Positions 1 to 8,597 of a stretch of 64,000 nucleotides of DNA are shown in pieces; the stretch's first letter is position 1; the number at the start of each line of letters is the position of its first letter. The position numbers were made by a program, and so were the translations under genes. This DNA is from Clostridia bacterium (lineage in GTDB: Bacteria > Bacillota > Clostridia > Christensenellales > UBA1242). The stretch spans positions 793,673 through 857,672 of the forward strand of contig CAAGAD010000005.1 in the NCBI GenBank assembly GCA_900767715.1, given 5' to 3'. Under the pieces are notes generated by a model. That model had not been told where the DNA came from and made no database searches. It was given only the letters and a program-made list of their open reading frames with translations.

Positions 1-94
1 AAAACTTTTCGCTATTTTTGCAACAGGTGAATTTGAGAATGCTAAACGTTGCAATTATTACGGCAACGACGCAAGATAAAATTATGTGAAACAT
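1..94 (-). CDS. partial CDS (first 31 codons visible, continues past left edge); hydrophobic N-terminus, function unknown
   Basis: ATG at 94 on the minus strand, preceded by AGGAGG (RC of 99-104). Reads MFHIILSCVVAVIIATFSILKFTCCKNSEKF with no stop before the window edge. Not in the ORF track because it is truncated. Confidence 0.4.
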   Translation of the reverse strand, partial: MFHIILSCVVAVIIATFSILKFTCCKNSEKF

Positions 95-102
95 TTTTCC
101 TC

Positions 103-825
103 CTAAAACTCTTTTACTTCATATTTTCTAAATATTAGCGACAACAGATAGAACAGAACTGCCAAGATTGGCGCGAATGGCAGTAGATATACAAATGGAA
201 TTGGAATCAATTTAAACATCGGGTTGAGAATCATAATATCGTCGGGGTCCATAGTGTATGAGTGATTGTGTGCGCCGGTAATCATACAGCCATTGAATAG
301 ATAGTTTGCTACGAACGCCGACAAGAAATACAAAATCATTGTCATAATGACGGGGAGTATATATTCCTTGCGTGGCTTGAACCACCGCGCCGAAATCATC
401 ATAAAGGTGATTGCTATCACTAAGAAATGGTCGAGCCAAAAGTTGAGCGCAATTACCAAATACCACATCGAGCCTTCCACATCGCTGGTGTAGGAAACGA
501 ATGTTGACATCGCTGCGAACATTGAAAAGTAGAAAAGGTATTGTCGCGCTAATTCGTTTTTCTTGATTAAACATAATGGCAACAATATAAAGTTGAAATT
601 ACAAACTTGGAATATCTGCTCGAAAAAGTTTTTGAAATCTAGTGTCGTTCCATATCTCGTTAGGTGCAGAAACAATATGCCCGCCATACACAGCACAACC
701 GACGAGTGTATGATAACGCATTGCCATTTGTAACTCACGCGCGCGACCAACACGCACAGCCCCACAATCAAGATAATTGAAACTACAACCATCATTATGT
801 GGGCAGTGCCCCCGATTGTCATCAT
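103..825 (-). CDS. polytopic integral membrane protein, possibly YwaF/TIGR02206-like
   Basis: 240-aa ORF, hydrophobic throughout (about 7 TM segments by eye). The family guess rests only on length and general pattern. Confidence 0.6.
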   Translation of the reverse strand: MMTIGGTAHIMMVVVSIILIVGLCVLVARVSYKWQCVIIHSSVVLCMAGILFLHLTRYGTTLDFKNFFEQIFQVCNFNFILLPLCLIKKNELARQYLFYFSMFAAMSTFVSYTSDVEGSMWYLVIALNFWLDHFLVIAITFMMISARWFKPRKEYILPVIMTMILYFLSAFVANYLFNGCMITGAHNHSYTMDPDDIMILNPMFKLIPIPFVYLLPFAPILAVLFYLLSLIFRKYEVKEF

Positions 826-1061
826 AACTAAACCTCAATATCTATTAATTTCATTGTAACAATATATGCGAAATATGTCAAACATTAGGTGCGATATTTT
901 GACATTATGTAGTATGCAATTCGCATAATATGTGACATAATTGATTTTGTTAGGTTAATTGTAATGGCTTTTGAATGTTTGCGACAAAATTGAATACGCA
1001 CATTAAACGTTGTAGTTCACAAAAAGAATAAAACGTAATTACCAAGGTAGATATTTGCCTA

Positions 1062-1085
1062 CAAAAAAAGCCTATAAAGGCTTTT
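1062..1085 (-). terminator. rho-independent terminator of the 1084..1401 gene
   Basis: AAAAGCCT-ATAA-AGGCTTTT hairpin with an A-run on the plus strand, which is a U-run on the minus transcript. Confidence 0.6.
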
Positions 1086-1401
1086 ATGCTAGTGCCACAA
1101 TGATTGCGAACATTGAAAGCAAGAGTGTAATGTCAAACTTGACTTCGTGCTTATTGAGTTTCGCGATTATGTCAACTAGGAATGCAGAAAGTGCAAGACC
1201 AAAACTAATCATAAAGAATATCGCATACACGACAGTGTTTTGTGCCAGCAAAGTGATGAACCTGTTGAGGAAGACAACGCACAATGACGCAACCACCAAC
1301 CAAATAGGCAAGTTCTTTTGAGTGAAGATATTGATTGATTTTTCTTTCTTATTCTCGTTTTGGTTTTCTACTTTTTTCTCTTGCAAATTTTCGTTTTCCA
1401 T
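1084..1401 (-). CDS. small membrane protein (about 3 TM) with an N/E/K-rich N-terminal tail
   Basis: ORF 1084..1425. The preferred start is the ATG at 1401, which has AAGGAG 6 nt upstream; the 1425 start has no RBS. Confidence 0.55.
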   Translation of the reverse strand: MENENLQEKKVENQNENKKEKSINIFTQKNLPIWLVVASLCVVFLNRFITLLAQNTVVYAIFFMISFGLALSAFLVDIIAKLNKHEVKFDITLLLSMFAIIVALA

Positions 1402-1541
1402 AATGTTCTCCTTTTTCATTTCCATTATACTACAAAATTCGCAAAATGTAAACGTATGGTAATATAAAAAATAAAAAAACTCGTTCGATGTGAAAGTACA
1501 CTGAAAGAGTTTGAATCTCCTAGATACACTAGGCTTTTTTG

Positions 1542-1618
1542 TGGTGCGCCGTGGGAGATTCGAACTCTCGACCTTTGGTTCCGTAGACCAACGCTCTATC
1601 CAGCTGAGCTAACAGCGC
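1542..1618 (-). tRNA. tRNA-Arg (anticodon ACG), CCA encoded
   Basis: RC folds by hand as GCGCTGT-TA-GCTC-AGCTGGATA-GAGC-G-TTGGT-CTACGGA-ACCAA-AGGTC-GAGAG-TTCGAAT-CTCCC-ACGGCGC-ACCA. 77 nt, with one A-C mismatch in the T stem. Confidence 0.9.
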
Positions 1619-1657
1619 ATATATATTCACTAATGATTTTACTCATTAGGTGCTATT

Positions 1658-1686
1658 ATTCTAACTCAAAAAAAATGGTTTGTCAA
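1658..1686 (-). promoter_or_regulatory. sigma-A-type promoter for tRNA-Arg
   Basis: Minus strand reads TTGACA (RC of 1681-1686), 17 nt, TAGAAT (RC of 1658-1663), about 40 nt upstream of the tRNA 5' end. Confidence 0.5.
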
Positions 1687-1799
1687 TAATCTGTTGTAAA
1701 TTTCACAAAAAAATTGAATAGTTTTTGTTTTAGTAGGCTTTTGCATAGCCAAACATTGACAAAACTGGGTTAATAGGCTAAAATGAAAGAGGAGAAGAT

Positions 1800-3347
1800 A
1801 TGGCAGTTTCAAAGGAAAAGTTGAGAATACTAAATCAAGTCAAACAGAACGAAGCCGAGTTTGAACAGTTTGTGCAAGACTGTTTGAATAGTGGTGAGTG
1901 TAGTTATGGCGATGTGGTTACTAACAACGCTCACGCTACGGGTTCGGTCGATTTGGATAGACTTATGCAACTGGTGTCGCACGTGACGCAGAGCCAAAAC
2001 GACAAAGAAGCGGTTTGGGTACAGTTGTCGGGCAATCAACCTTATTTCTATCATTTCAACGGCACAAATACTGCCAAGACCAAAGCAGGCGAGATTGAGT
2101 GCCGACTCTATCTCAATTTGAAAGCCAAAAACATTGTTCCGTTCGCCAGCGCGTTCGTTGATAAATGTGAAAAACATCGTTTGCCTTACCGATTCAAAAT
2201 CGCGGTCGATGACGTGCGTAATGACAATATTCCAATTTATACAAGTTATGCCAATGCCCAAAAGTTCTTGGACGTTATAGCCGAGATTGAAAAGGAAAGC
2301 CACGCGCTATTCGACGGCGCAGAGAATATGGGTGTGATGACGGGCAAGATTGGCAAGTTCGTCGGGTTTGGTGAAGAGTGCGTGCCAACTGATGACAAGA
2401 AAAAGATGTCGTTCAACAGCGCTCGAGCCAAGGTTTTGGGCGAGTATGTGGATAAAATTAATGACATCGCATTGAAAGAACTTTTCGCACCAAAGGTCAG
2501 CCTAAGAACTTCAAAAGGCGACAAAATGTCGGTTGACGATTATGTGATGAACAAGATTCAAGCGTGTCTGTCGCGTTCTGCCAGCAGAAGTGGGATTGAC
2601 GTGACGAGCGCGGAAAACGAGAAGCGTATCAAGGCACAACTCGGCAAGGTTTATGAGAGCATTATCGAGTTAGAAAGTAAGAACATAGATTTTGCCTTGA
2701 AAGACGGCAACGGCAATGAGCAAATTGAACGCCTTGACACAGCGCCTATCGTGGAAAAGATGATGTCGGTGTTTAGAGTGAACAAAAACGCGGACAAAAA
2801 TGTGCAAAAACTCGCCGTGGCACAAAAGATTATTGAGAGCCGTCTGCCAGATAGATTGGTGGTGAGCGAGAGCGCGAACGCACTTACGTATTTGGAAAAG
2901 ATTTTCGGGCAGAAGATTGAAATTATGCTTCAAGACAAAAAAGACTATCTAACTGCCAGTCGCACGCCGACTTTCGACTATGACATCGCACTGAGCAGAA
3001 TCAAGAGCAAGAGTAATTACGGCAAACTTGCGATTCGCAAGGCGATTGTGCAATATCTTATGCAACTCGACAATCCGCAAAGCACACACACTCCGCTTGA
3101 TGTAGATTTGAGCGCGTCGGGTGTCCAAATCGTGCTGGGCGGATTGGAAAAGACGGAAATCGAACGCGAGATATTGCAAGGGTACAATTCGAGCGTGCTT
3201 GAAATACACGATAGAGAGAAATCTCGTTTGCTCCCAGCCGTGTTTAAAGAGGAAAATGTCAGCGTTACCTTCCCATTCCTAAATCTTACGACTGAAATAG
3301 AACTAAAACAACTCTTCGCGCGTAAACCCAATTTGAAGATAAAATAA
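1800..3347 (+). CDS. hypothetical 515-aa cytoplasmic protein; N-terminal third faintly resembles the HopA1 / class III lanthipeptide-synthetase lyase-like fold family
   Basis: GAGGAG RBS 5 nt before the ATG. No signal peptide or TM. The segment RLYLNLKAKN..PYRFKIAVDDVRNDNIPIYTSY recalls a K...R-x-D...Y pattern, but this is from memory only. Confidence 0.7.
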   Translation: MAVSKEKLRILNQVKQNEAEFEQFVQDCLNSGECSYGDVVTNNAHATGSVDLDRLMQLVSHVTQSQNDKEAVWVQLSGNQPYFYHFNGTNTAKTKAGEIECRLYLNLKAKNIVPFASAFVDKCEKHRLPYRFKIAVDDVRNDNIPIYTSYANAQKFLDVIAEIEKESHALFDGAENMGVMTGKIGKFVGFGEECVPTDDKKKMSFNSARAKVLGEYVDKINDIALKELFAPKVSLRTSKGDKMSVDDYVMNKIQACLSRSASRSGIDVTSAENEKRIKAQLGKVYESIIELESKNIDFALKDGNGNEQIERLDTAPIVEKMMSVFRVNKNADKNVQKLAVAQKIIESRLPDRLVVSESANALTYLEKIFGQKIEIMLQDKKDYLTASRTPTFDYDIALSRIKSKSNYGKLAIRKAIVQYLMQLDNPQSTHTPLDVDLSASGVQIVLGGLEKTEIEREILQGYNSSVLEIHDREKSRLLPAVFKEENVSVTFPFLNLTTEIELKQLFARKPNLKIK

Positions 3348-3351
3348 AATT

Positions 3352-3384
3352 AATCCACAATCTAGACTAGGTTGTGGATTTTTG
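3352..3384. terminator. bidirectional hairpin terminator between the 1800..3347 gene and asd
   Basis: AATCCACAA-N11-TTGTGGATT followed by TTTT. It overlaps the asd stop region. Confidence 0.6.
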
Positions 3385-4353
3385 TATGAGTTTTTCGAGT
3401 ATTTGAACGGCGTTTGTACTCGCGCCCTTGCGCAAATTGTCTGCAACACAACTGATGTGCAATCCACACGGATTGTTGTGGTGGGTTCGCAGTCTGCCGA
3501 TGTATATCTCGTTCTTGCCGTGCGCCAATTCGTTGTATGGAAAGGCGGTTTTGTCGTCGATTAGGCGGACACCCGCTTGACGCGTGAGTTTTTTGCACAG
3601 TTTGGATAGGTCAATCGGCTTTTGTGTGGTGACATAGATGTTCACCAGATGACAGTACTTGCACGGCACGCGCACACAGGTGGCGGTGACGGGCGCGGTG
3701 AGTGATAGAATTTTCTTCGTTTCATTTTCCATTTTCGCTTCTTCTTGCGTGTAGCCGTCGTCAAGAAATTCTCCGATTTGCAATAGGCAGTTTTCGCTTA
3801 TGTTGTGCGGGAAGTACTCCGGTGCTTCTCCCGCTCGGGTGCGCTCCAAATCGTCCAGCCCACGCTTGCCCGCGCCCGACACAGATTGGTAGGTGTTGTA
3901 TATCACACTAGTTATGCCGAAAATCTCGTCAACCACCTTTAATTGAGGCATACATTGAATGGTAGAGCAGTTCGGGTTGGCGATTATTCCGCTGGACAAA
4001 TCCAAATCGTCCCAGTTCACTTCGGGCACAATTAGGCTCACGTTTTTATCCATACGAAAGGCGCTCGAATTGTCTATTACAATGCACCCTTTCTGCACCA
4101 AGCGGTGAGCGTACTGCTTGGCAACGCTTGCGCCCGCGGAAAATATGGCATAATCCATTTTGATGTTAATGCTTTCGGCAACGTCTTTCACGACATACTC
4201 TTCGCCATTAAAGGTGAGCGTTTTGCCCGCCGAGTTTTTCGACGCGAAAAGATACAAATGCGCGGGACGTATGTTGCGTTCTTCCATAACGCGCAAAATA
4301 GTTCTCCCGACCAGCCCAGTAGCGCCTACAATTCCTAATACAAAACTATTCAT
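3367..4353 (-). CDS. asd: aspartate-semialdehyde dehydrogenase
   Basis: N-terminal GIVGATGLVGR Rossmann motif, IANPNCSTIQ active-site Cys region, 328 aa. The start overlaps the lysC stop (TAATG). Confidence 0.95.
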   Translation of the reverse strand: MNSFVLGIVGATGLVGRTILRVMEERNIRPAHLYLFASKNSAGKTLTFNGEEYVVKDVAESINIKMDYAIFSAGASVAKQYAHRLVQKGCIVIDNSSAFRMDKNVSLIVPEVNWDDLDLSSGIIANPNCSTIQCMPQLKVVDEIFGITSVIYNTYQSVSGAGKRGLDDLERTRAGEAPEYFPHNISENCLLQIGEFLDDGYTQEEAKMENETKKILSLTAPVTATCVRVPCKYCHLVNIYVTTQKPIDLSKLCKKLTRQAGVRLIDDKTAFPYNELAHGKNEIYIGRLRTHHNNPCGLHISCVADNLRKGASTNAVQILEKLIQKSTT

Positions 4354-5495
4354 TATTTATTCCATTTGATGATTCTAGTAAGATATTTGTACGCTTCATT
4401 TAGTTGAGAGTTGTGAACAATCAGCGTAATTGTGTTTGCCGAGGTGTAGCAATCAATGAGTTTAATATTTTTACCTTTCAACCTTTCAATGATTGTTCCA
4501 AGTTCCATAATGTGATTGAATACCCCACCTCCAACAATGGTGATTGTTGCCAAACCAAGTTTGCGACTGGTAACCAAGTCAAGCGATTTCAGTAATGACA
4601 AGTTGGCTTGCTTGGTCAAAAACGTGCAACTTTCACCCACGTTAAAAGGCTGAATTTTAATCTTATATTCCGTGCACAGCCTAAACAATCTGCCTAACGG
4701 CGCACGCGATTTAACCAAAATCATTTCTGGTTGATAGGTCATAGCGTACATACCCATTCGCTCCATTCCAAAAGAAGAAATGTTTGTGCCGTCCGTTCGC
4801 CCAAAACTCGACTTGACGGTGATGTCAATGTCATATTTTTTGCCCAGTTCGGTGGCTCGGCTGTCCATAACGCGCGCACCCGCGTTGGCGAGCGATATCA
4901 TATCGTCATAATTGATAGACGTCAACAGTCGTCTGGGTGCAGAGTCGAGTGGGGAGAAGGCCATCACGCCGTTGACATCGGTGTTGATTATACACTCACA
5001 TTTCAATTTGCCCGCCAGCATAACGGCGGTGGTGTCCGACCCGCCACGACCGAGCGTGGTAATTTGTCCTGCGCGCGTCACACCTTGGAAGCCAGCTAGC
5101 ACACAAACCTTGCCCGTCTTGGCGCACTTGACGACTGCTCGCGGGTTAAATTCCATAATGTAGGCATTGGTAAAATTGTCATTGGTGATGATTCCCGCTT
5201 CCGCTCCCGAAAAACTCTTTGCCGGACAACCTATTCCGTTGAGTATGAGCGCCAAAAGTGTGCTAGACACAATTTCACCCGTGCTCACAAGACGGTCGAG
5301 TTCGCTCAAATTTGGGCTTTCGGCGAGCGACGAAGCCAATTTGATGAGTTCGTTGGTAGTTTTACCCATTGCGCTTGTCACTACATAAACTTGGTCGTAT
5401 CGCTCGCGGTAGGACTTGATTTGCTTGGCAATGCGTTGCATTTTTTCAATGCTGTCAAGCGAACTGCCTCCATATTTTACTACAATTTTTGACAT
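4353..5495 (-). CDS. lysC: aspartate kinase
   Basis: KYGGSSL N-terminal kinase motif, VVTSAMGKTTNELI, GRGGSDTTA, ACT-like C-terminal half. 380 aa. Confidence 0.9.
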   Translation of the reverse strand: MSKIVVKYGGSSLDSIEKMQRIAKQIKSYRERYDQVYVVTSAMGKTTNELIKLASSLAESPNLSELDRLVSTGEIVSSTLLALILNGIGCPAKSFSGAEAGIITNDNFTNAYIMEFNPRAVVKCAKTGKVCVLAGFQGVTRAGQITTLGRGGSDTTAVMLAGKLKCECIINTDVNGVMAFSPLDSAPRRLLTSINYDDMISLANAGARVMDSRATELGKKYDIDITVKSSFGRTDGTNISSFGMERMGMYAMTYQPEMILVKSRAPLGRLFRLCTEYKIKIQPFNVGESCTFLTKQANLSLLKSLDLVTSRKLGLATITIVGGGVFNHIMELGTIIERLKGKNIKLIDCYTSANTITLIVHNSQLNEAYKYLTRIIKWNK

Positions 5496-5592
5496 AAAAA
5501 CCTCTTTTCTATATATTCAGCGCCTCCCAATTTTGCCAAAGGGTATTGCAATTTGCGATATATTATGGTATAGTTAGTCGTAGGGAAAAAAT

Positions 5593-6132
5593 ATGAAGGA
5601 CAAATTCAGCGTATTTTTGAGAGAAAATGGTATCAAGGTTGACGGTCATTATTCTATCGAAAGTTTGCTCGCTCGACTCGGCTTCAAGCCAGTTTATGAC
5701 CCAGAAGGCAAGCCAAACGACGCACAGATTCAAGTTTTCGACTGTCACGACGACTATGAGATGACCAATTCGGCAGATTTTAGACACATAATCTTGCCTA
5801 ACGGCTTAACCACGAAAGACCGCAACTGGATTGTGGCGCGCCTAATGGCTTCGTGGATTAATGCCAAGGTTGACAACACCGGCAATTACAATACTCATTT
5901 ATGTTACCTAATGGGTATCAAGCAGTTGGAAACGGTTGACCGACCAAGGCTTGCCAACGTGAACGATATTGCACTCAAAGTGTTAATGCCAGACGAACTT
6001 TTGGACGCGGTGTTGCCTGGCGCGTATGACGAAGACGACTACAATGTGATTGCCAAATATTTAAATGTGCCGGTCGCACAACTAGCCAACCGGCTCAAAC
6101 AATATGAATACAAAGAATTTACAAGGGGTTAA
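5593..6132 (+). CDS. hypothetical protein; possibly an ImmA/IrrE-like fold with the HEXXH site lost
   Basis: 179-aa ORF. The C-terminal pattern LMPDELL...IAKYLNVPVAQLANRLKQ recalls ImmA/IrrE proteins, but where HEXXH is expected the sequence reads VARLMASW. Confidence 0.6.
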   Translation: MKDKFSVFLRENGIKVDGHYSIESLLARLGFKPVYDPEGKPNDAQIQVFDCHDDYEMTNSADFRHIILPNGLTTKDRNWIVARLMASWINAKVDNTGNYNTHLCYLMGIKQLETVDRPRLANVNDIALKVLMPDELLDAVLPGAYDEDDYNVIAKYLNVPVAQLANRLKQYEYKEFTRG

Positions 6133-6135
6133 AGA

Positions 6136-6663
6136 ATGGAAAATTTGTATAACAAAATTCAGTTGAAAGAAGGCGTAAAGGCGGTGACACTTTATCAACT
6201 AATGGTGGAAGCAGAGAACGAAGACAAAAAGTGCACGACACTCCTTCCGCTAGACAAACAAGTGGCAGGTTTTATAAGTTTGCCCGAAGCCGAGCGCGCA
6301 CAAGCATATTTGAGCAAAAAATTAAAGATGAATATCAGCGTCATTCCAACTACACACAATTTGTTCATCAATTTCAACGCATACAAATCTTGGAAGGAAG
6401 TCAATACCAAAGATTTCACTCCAACAGTGCCAGCTCAAAGAGATTTGAAAGGTCTTAACAAAATTTATATGGCAGTGGACCCAACGTCTCAACGTAGCGG
6501 TTTCAAGGGCGAATATATAGACAAAGAAGAAGCCCAAATCGCTGTCGGCGATTGCGGTCAAGTGGTGACTAAACTTGTATTTGACGACGCAACCAAATTT
6601 TACAGATATTTCGCATACAAACCAGAGACCGAAGTTTCAAAACAAACCGAAATCAAACTATAA
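6136..6663 (+). CDS. hypothetical protein (175 aa), probably co-transcribed with 5593..6132
   Basis: 3-nt gap after the upstream gene, AAGGGG RBS, terminator hairpin directly downstream. Confidence 0.6.
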   Translation: MENLYNKIQLKEGVKAVTLYQLMVEAENEDKKCTTLLPLDKQVAGFISLPEAERAQAYLSKKLKMNISVIPTTHNLFINFNAYKSWKEVNTKDFTPTVPAQRDLKGLNKIYMAVDPTSQRSGFKGEYIDKEEAQIAVGDCGQVVTKLVFDDATKFYRYFAYKPETEVSKQTEIKL

Positions 6664-6673
6664 CAAGCAAAAC

Positions 6674-6698
6674 AAGTCAATTTATTTGACTTTTTTTG
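6674..6698 (+). terminator. rho-independent terminator
   Basis: AAGTCAA-TTTAT-TTGACTT followed by a T-run. Confidence 0.65.
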
Positions 6699-6733
6699 TT
6701 GATTGTATGATAATAAATGCATAAGGAGTCCTT

Positions 6734-7510
6734 ATGGAAAAGGAAGACAAGACACTCGTCAAATGCCTTATGTTTACTGCCAGCCTTGTGTTTGTAGTTT
6801 TGGCATTTTGTATGCTAATAAGCATATCCATCGATTACAACGAAATGGCCACCAATGGCAATCTTTTAAACGGCGCCAATCTTAAACCACTTTTGATAAT
6901 GTTTTACATTGTTGGGGTGCTCACTCTTGCCACGGTTGTGACGAGTTATGTTCTCACTTTCGTGAATGGCGAGAAGAGTGAGATTTGGAAGAATAGACTC
7001 ATACTTTGCTCGATTGTGCTCATCACGCTTACTGTGGCGATTTACGCTATTATGCAGTTTTCATCATACATTCGTTTGAGCGAAGTGGAGAAGGCTTTGG
7101 AAGATGACAGTGTAGAGTATTTCGCACGAAAATATTACACTTCAAAAATGGCGCTTGTAATGATGTTCGCCACAATCTCATTACTTATTAACATGTCAAT
7201 CTTAAAAGTGAAGAATGCACTTACAGCCACCACCCAAAAGGAGACCCCAGTAGAGCCAAAACCCGCAGAAGACAACAGCGAAGAAGCCGTGCTCTCACGC
7301 GAGATTGAAGCGATTAAATCTAAAATACGTTTGCAAAACTTGATGGACGAGAAAAGCAAATTGGAAGGCAAACTGCATTCAATAGAACCAGCAAATCAAG
7401 GAGAGCAAATTTCTATCGATAATTTACCAACGATTGAACCAGTCATCGAGCCTGCAAATGACACGACAAACGCCGAACAGACAAATGATAATCCCACTGA
7501 ACAAAACTAG
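6734..7510 (+). CDS. membrane protein (about 4 TM) with coiled-coil and acidic C-terminal tail
   Basis: AAGGAG RBS. Hydrophobic N-terminal two thirds, then an E/K-rich heptad-like region and a T/N/E-rich end. Confidence 0.7.
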   Translation: MEKEDKTLVKCLMFTASLVFVVLAFCMLISISIDYNEMATNGNLLNGANLKPLLIMFYIVGVLTLATVVTSYVLTFVNGEKSEIWKNRLILCSIVLITLTVAIYAIMQFSSYIRLSEVEKALEDDSVEYFARKYYTSKMALVMMFATISLLINMSILKVKNALTATTQKETPVEPKPAEDNSEEAVLSREIEAIKSKIRLQNLMDEKSKLEGKLHSIEPANQGEQISIDNLPTIEPVIEPANDTTNAEQTNDNPTEQN

Positions 7511-7535
7511 TCAGCGACTAGTTTTTTCTTTTTCC
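7505..7535 (+). terminator. rho-independent terminator
   Basis: AACTAGTC-AGC-GACTAGTT plus a T-run. Overlaps the stop codon. Confidence 0.65.
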
Positions 7536-7611
7536 GAAAATTGAAATTTAGTGTCGTATTTAGTTGATAATTTTGTTGAGTTTTGCTAATATTAACGTCA
7601 TAGGAGTTAAA

Positions 7612-8505
7612 ATGAATAAATTTGCAATCAGCACAGACAGCAATAGTGACTTTTATGCTGACGAAATAGAGAAATTGGGTCTTTACGTAGGCAGACTGAA
7701 CTATACAATCACCAAAGACAACGTTGTGAACGAATTTCTTGACGATTTTACCAAGCCTGAACAATATGTAGAGTTTTACAACACTCTTCGCTCGGGCGCG
7801 TTGGCGAAGACTAGCATTCTCAATTTGCAAGCACACATCGACCTATTCACAAGTATGGCTGAAGATGGCATTGTTGACGCCTTGCACATATCTCAGTCAG
7901 CGGGCCTGAGCCCAACCATTGACAATGCCAACAAAGCAATCGAGATTGTAAAAGAAAAATACCCGAATATCAATTACATTGCCATTGAGTCCAGCACTAC
8001 CACAATCGGCGAGCAAATGCTGGTGGAAGTGGCTGTCAAAATGCGCGACGCGGGCAAGACGAATCGCGAAACGGCTGATTACATCAATTCAATCAAAAAT
8101 AAGGTTCAACATTTCATCATTGCAGATGATTTGAAATACCTTTGCCGTGGCGGTCGTGTCAGTCCAGCCAGTGCGTTGTTTGGTTCACTTTTGCAAATCA
8201 AACCTATCATTGAGTTTTCAAAGCAGGGCAAACTTGAAGTGACACGCAAAATCAGCGGTCTAAACAAGGCTGTAAAAACGGTCATCGAAGACTTTGCAAA
8301 ATACAGTTTAAACAAAGATTTCCCATATATCAAAATTGTGCATACAGACAATCTGCCCTTGGCACAAAAAATGCAAGATATGTTTTTTAATCTCTATGGC
8401 ATTCGTCCAGAAATTAGAATTATGGGACCAATCATTGGCGCGCACGTAGGTCCAAACGCAGTGGCATTTGGGTTTATCAGCGAGCAAGAGAGAAACGTGG
8501 ACTAA
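7612..8505 (+). CDS. DegV family fatty-acid-binding protein
   Basis: MNKFAISTDSNSDF start typical of DegV, CRGGRVS motif. AGGAG lies 5 nt before the ATG at 7612; the track ORF from 7564 is an upstream extension. Confidence 0.85.
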   Translation: MNKFAISTDSNSDFYADEIEKLGLYVGRLNYTITKDNVVNEFLDDFTKPEQYVEFYNTLRSGALAKTSILNLQAHIDLFTSMAEDGIVDALHISQSAGLSPTIDNANKAIEIVKEKYPNINYIAIESSTTTIGEQMLVEVAVKMRDAGKTNRETADYINSIKNKVQHFIIADDLKYLCRGGRVSPASALFGSLLQIKPIIEFSKQGKLEVTRKISGLNKAVKTVIEDFAKYSLNKDFPYIKIVHTDNLPLAQKMQDMFFNLYGIRPEIRIMGPIIGAHVGPNAVAFGFISEQERNVD

Positions 8506-8506
8506 T

Positions 8507-8531
8507 AGCAAGCAAATTGCTTGCTTTTTTT
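8507..8531 (+). terminator. rho-independent terminator
   Basis: AGCAAGCAA/TTGCTTGCT palindrome followed by TTTTTT. Confidence 0.7.
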
Positions 8532-8597
8532 CTCATTATTATTTAATCTAAAAATGAAAATTGCCGAATATTTTTTGGCGCTATTTATGAGTGATTT

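Noticed and set aside
1542-1618. A-C mismatch in the T stem of tRNA-Arg considered as a sign of a pseudogene.
   Set aside because: All other stems pair, the conserved D- and T-loop residues and the encoded CCA are present, and a promoter and terminator flank it. A single mismatch is tolerable.
3352-3380. DnaA-box-like strings (ATCCACAA / TTGTGGAT).
   Set aside because: They are simply the two arms of a terminator hairpin between convergent genes, and there are no additional boxes.
5496-5592. Looked for a lysine riboswitch (L-box) upstream of lysC.
   Set aside because: Only 97 nt are available before the divergent gene, which is too short for an L-box, and no conserved L-box core was recognisable.
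7564-7611. Upstream extensions of track ORFs: degV from 7564, spo0A to 50372, ypeB from 53412, Smr-like from 63217, dut to 27871, and ORF 10274..10921.
   Set aside because: The extensions overlap neighbouring genes or lack an RBS. Internal ATGs with good Shine-Dalgarno spacing coincide with the conserved N-termini.
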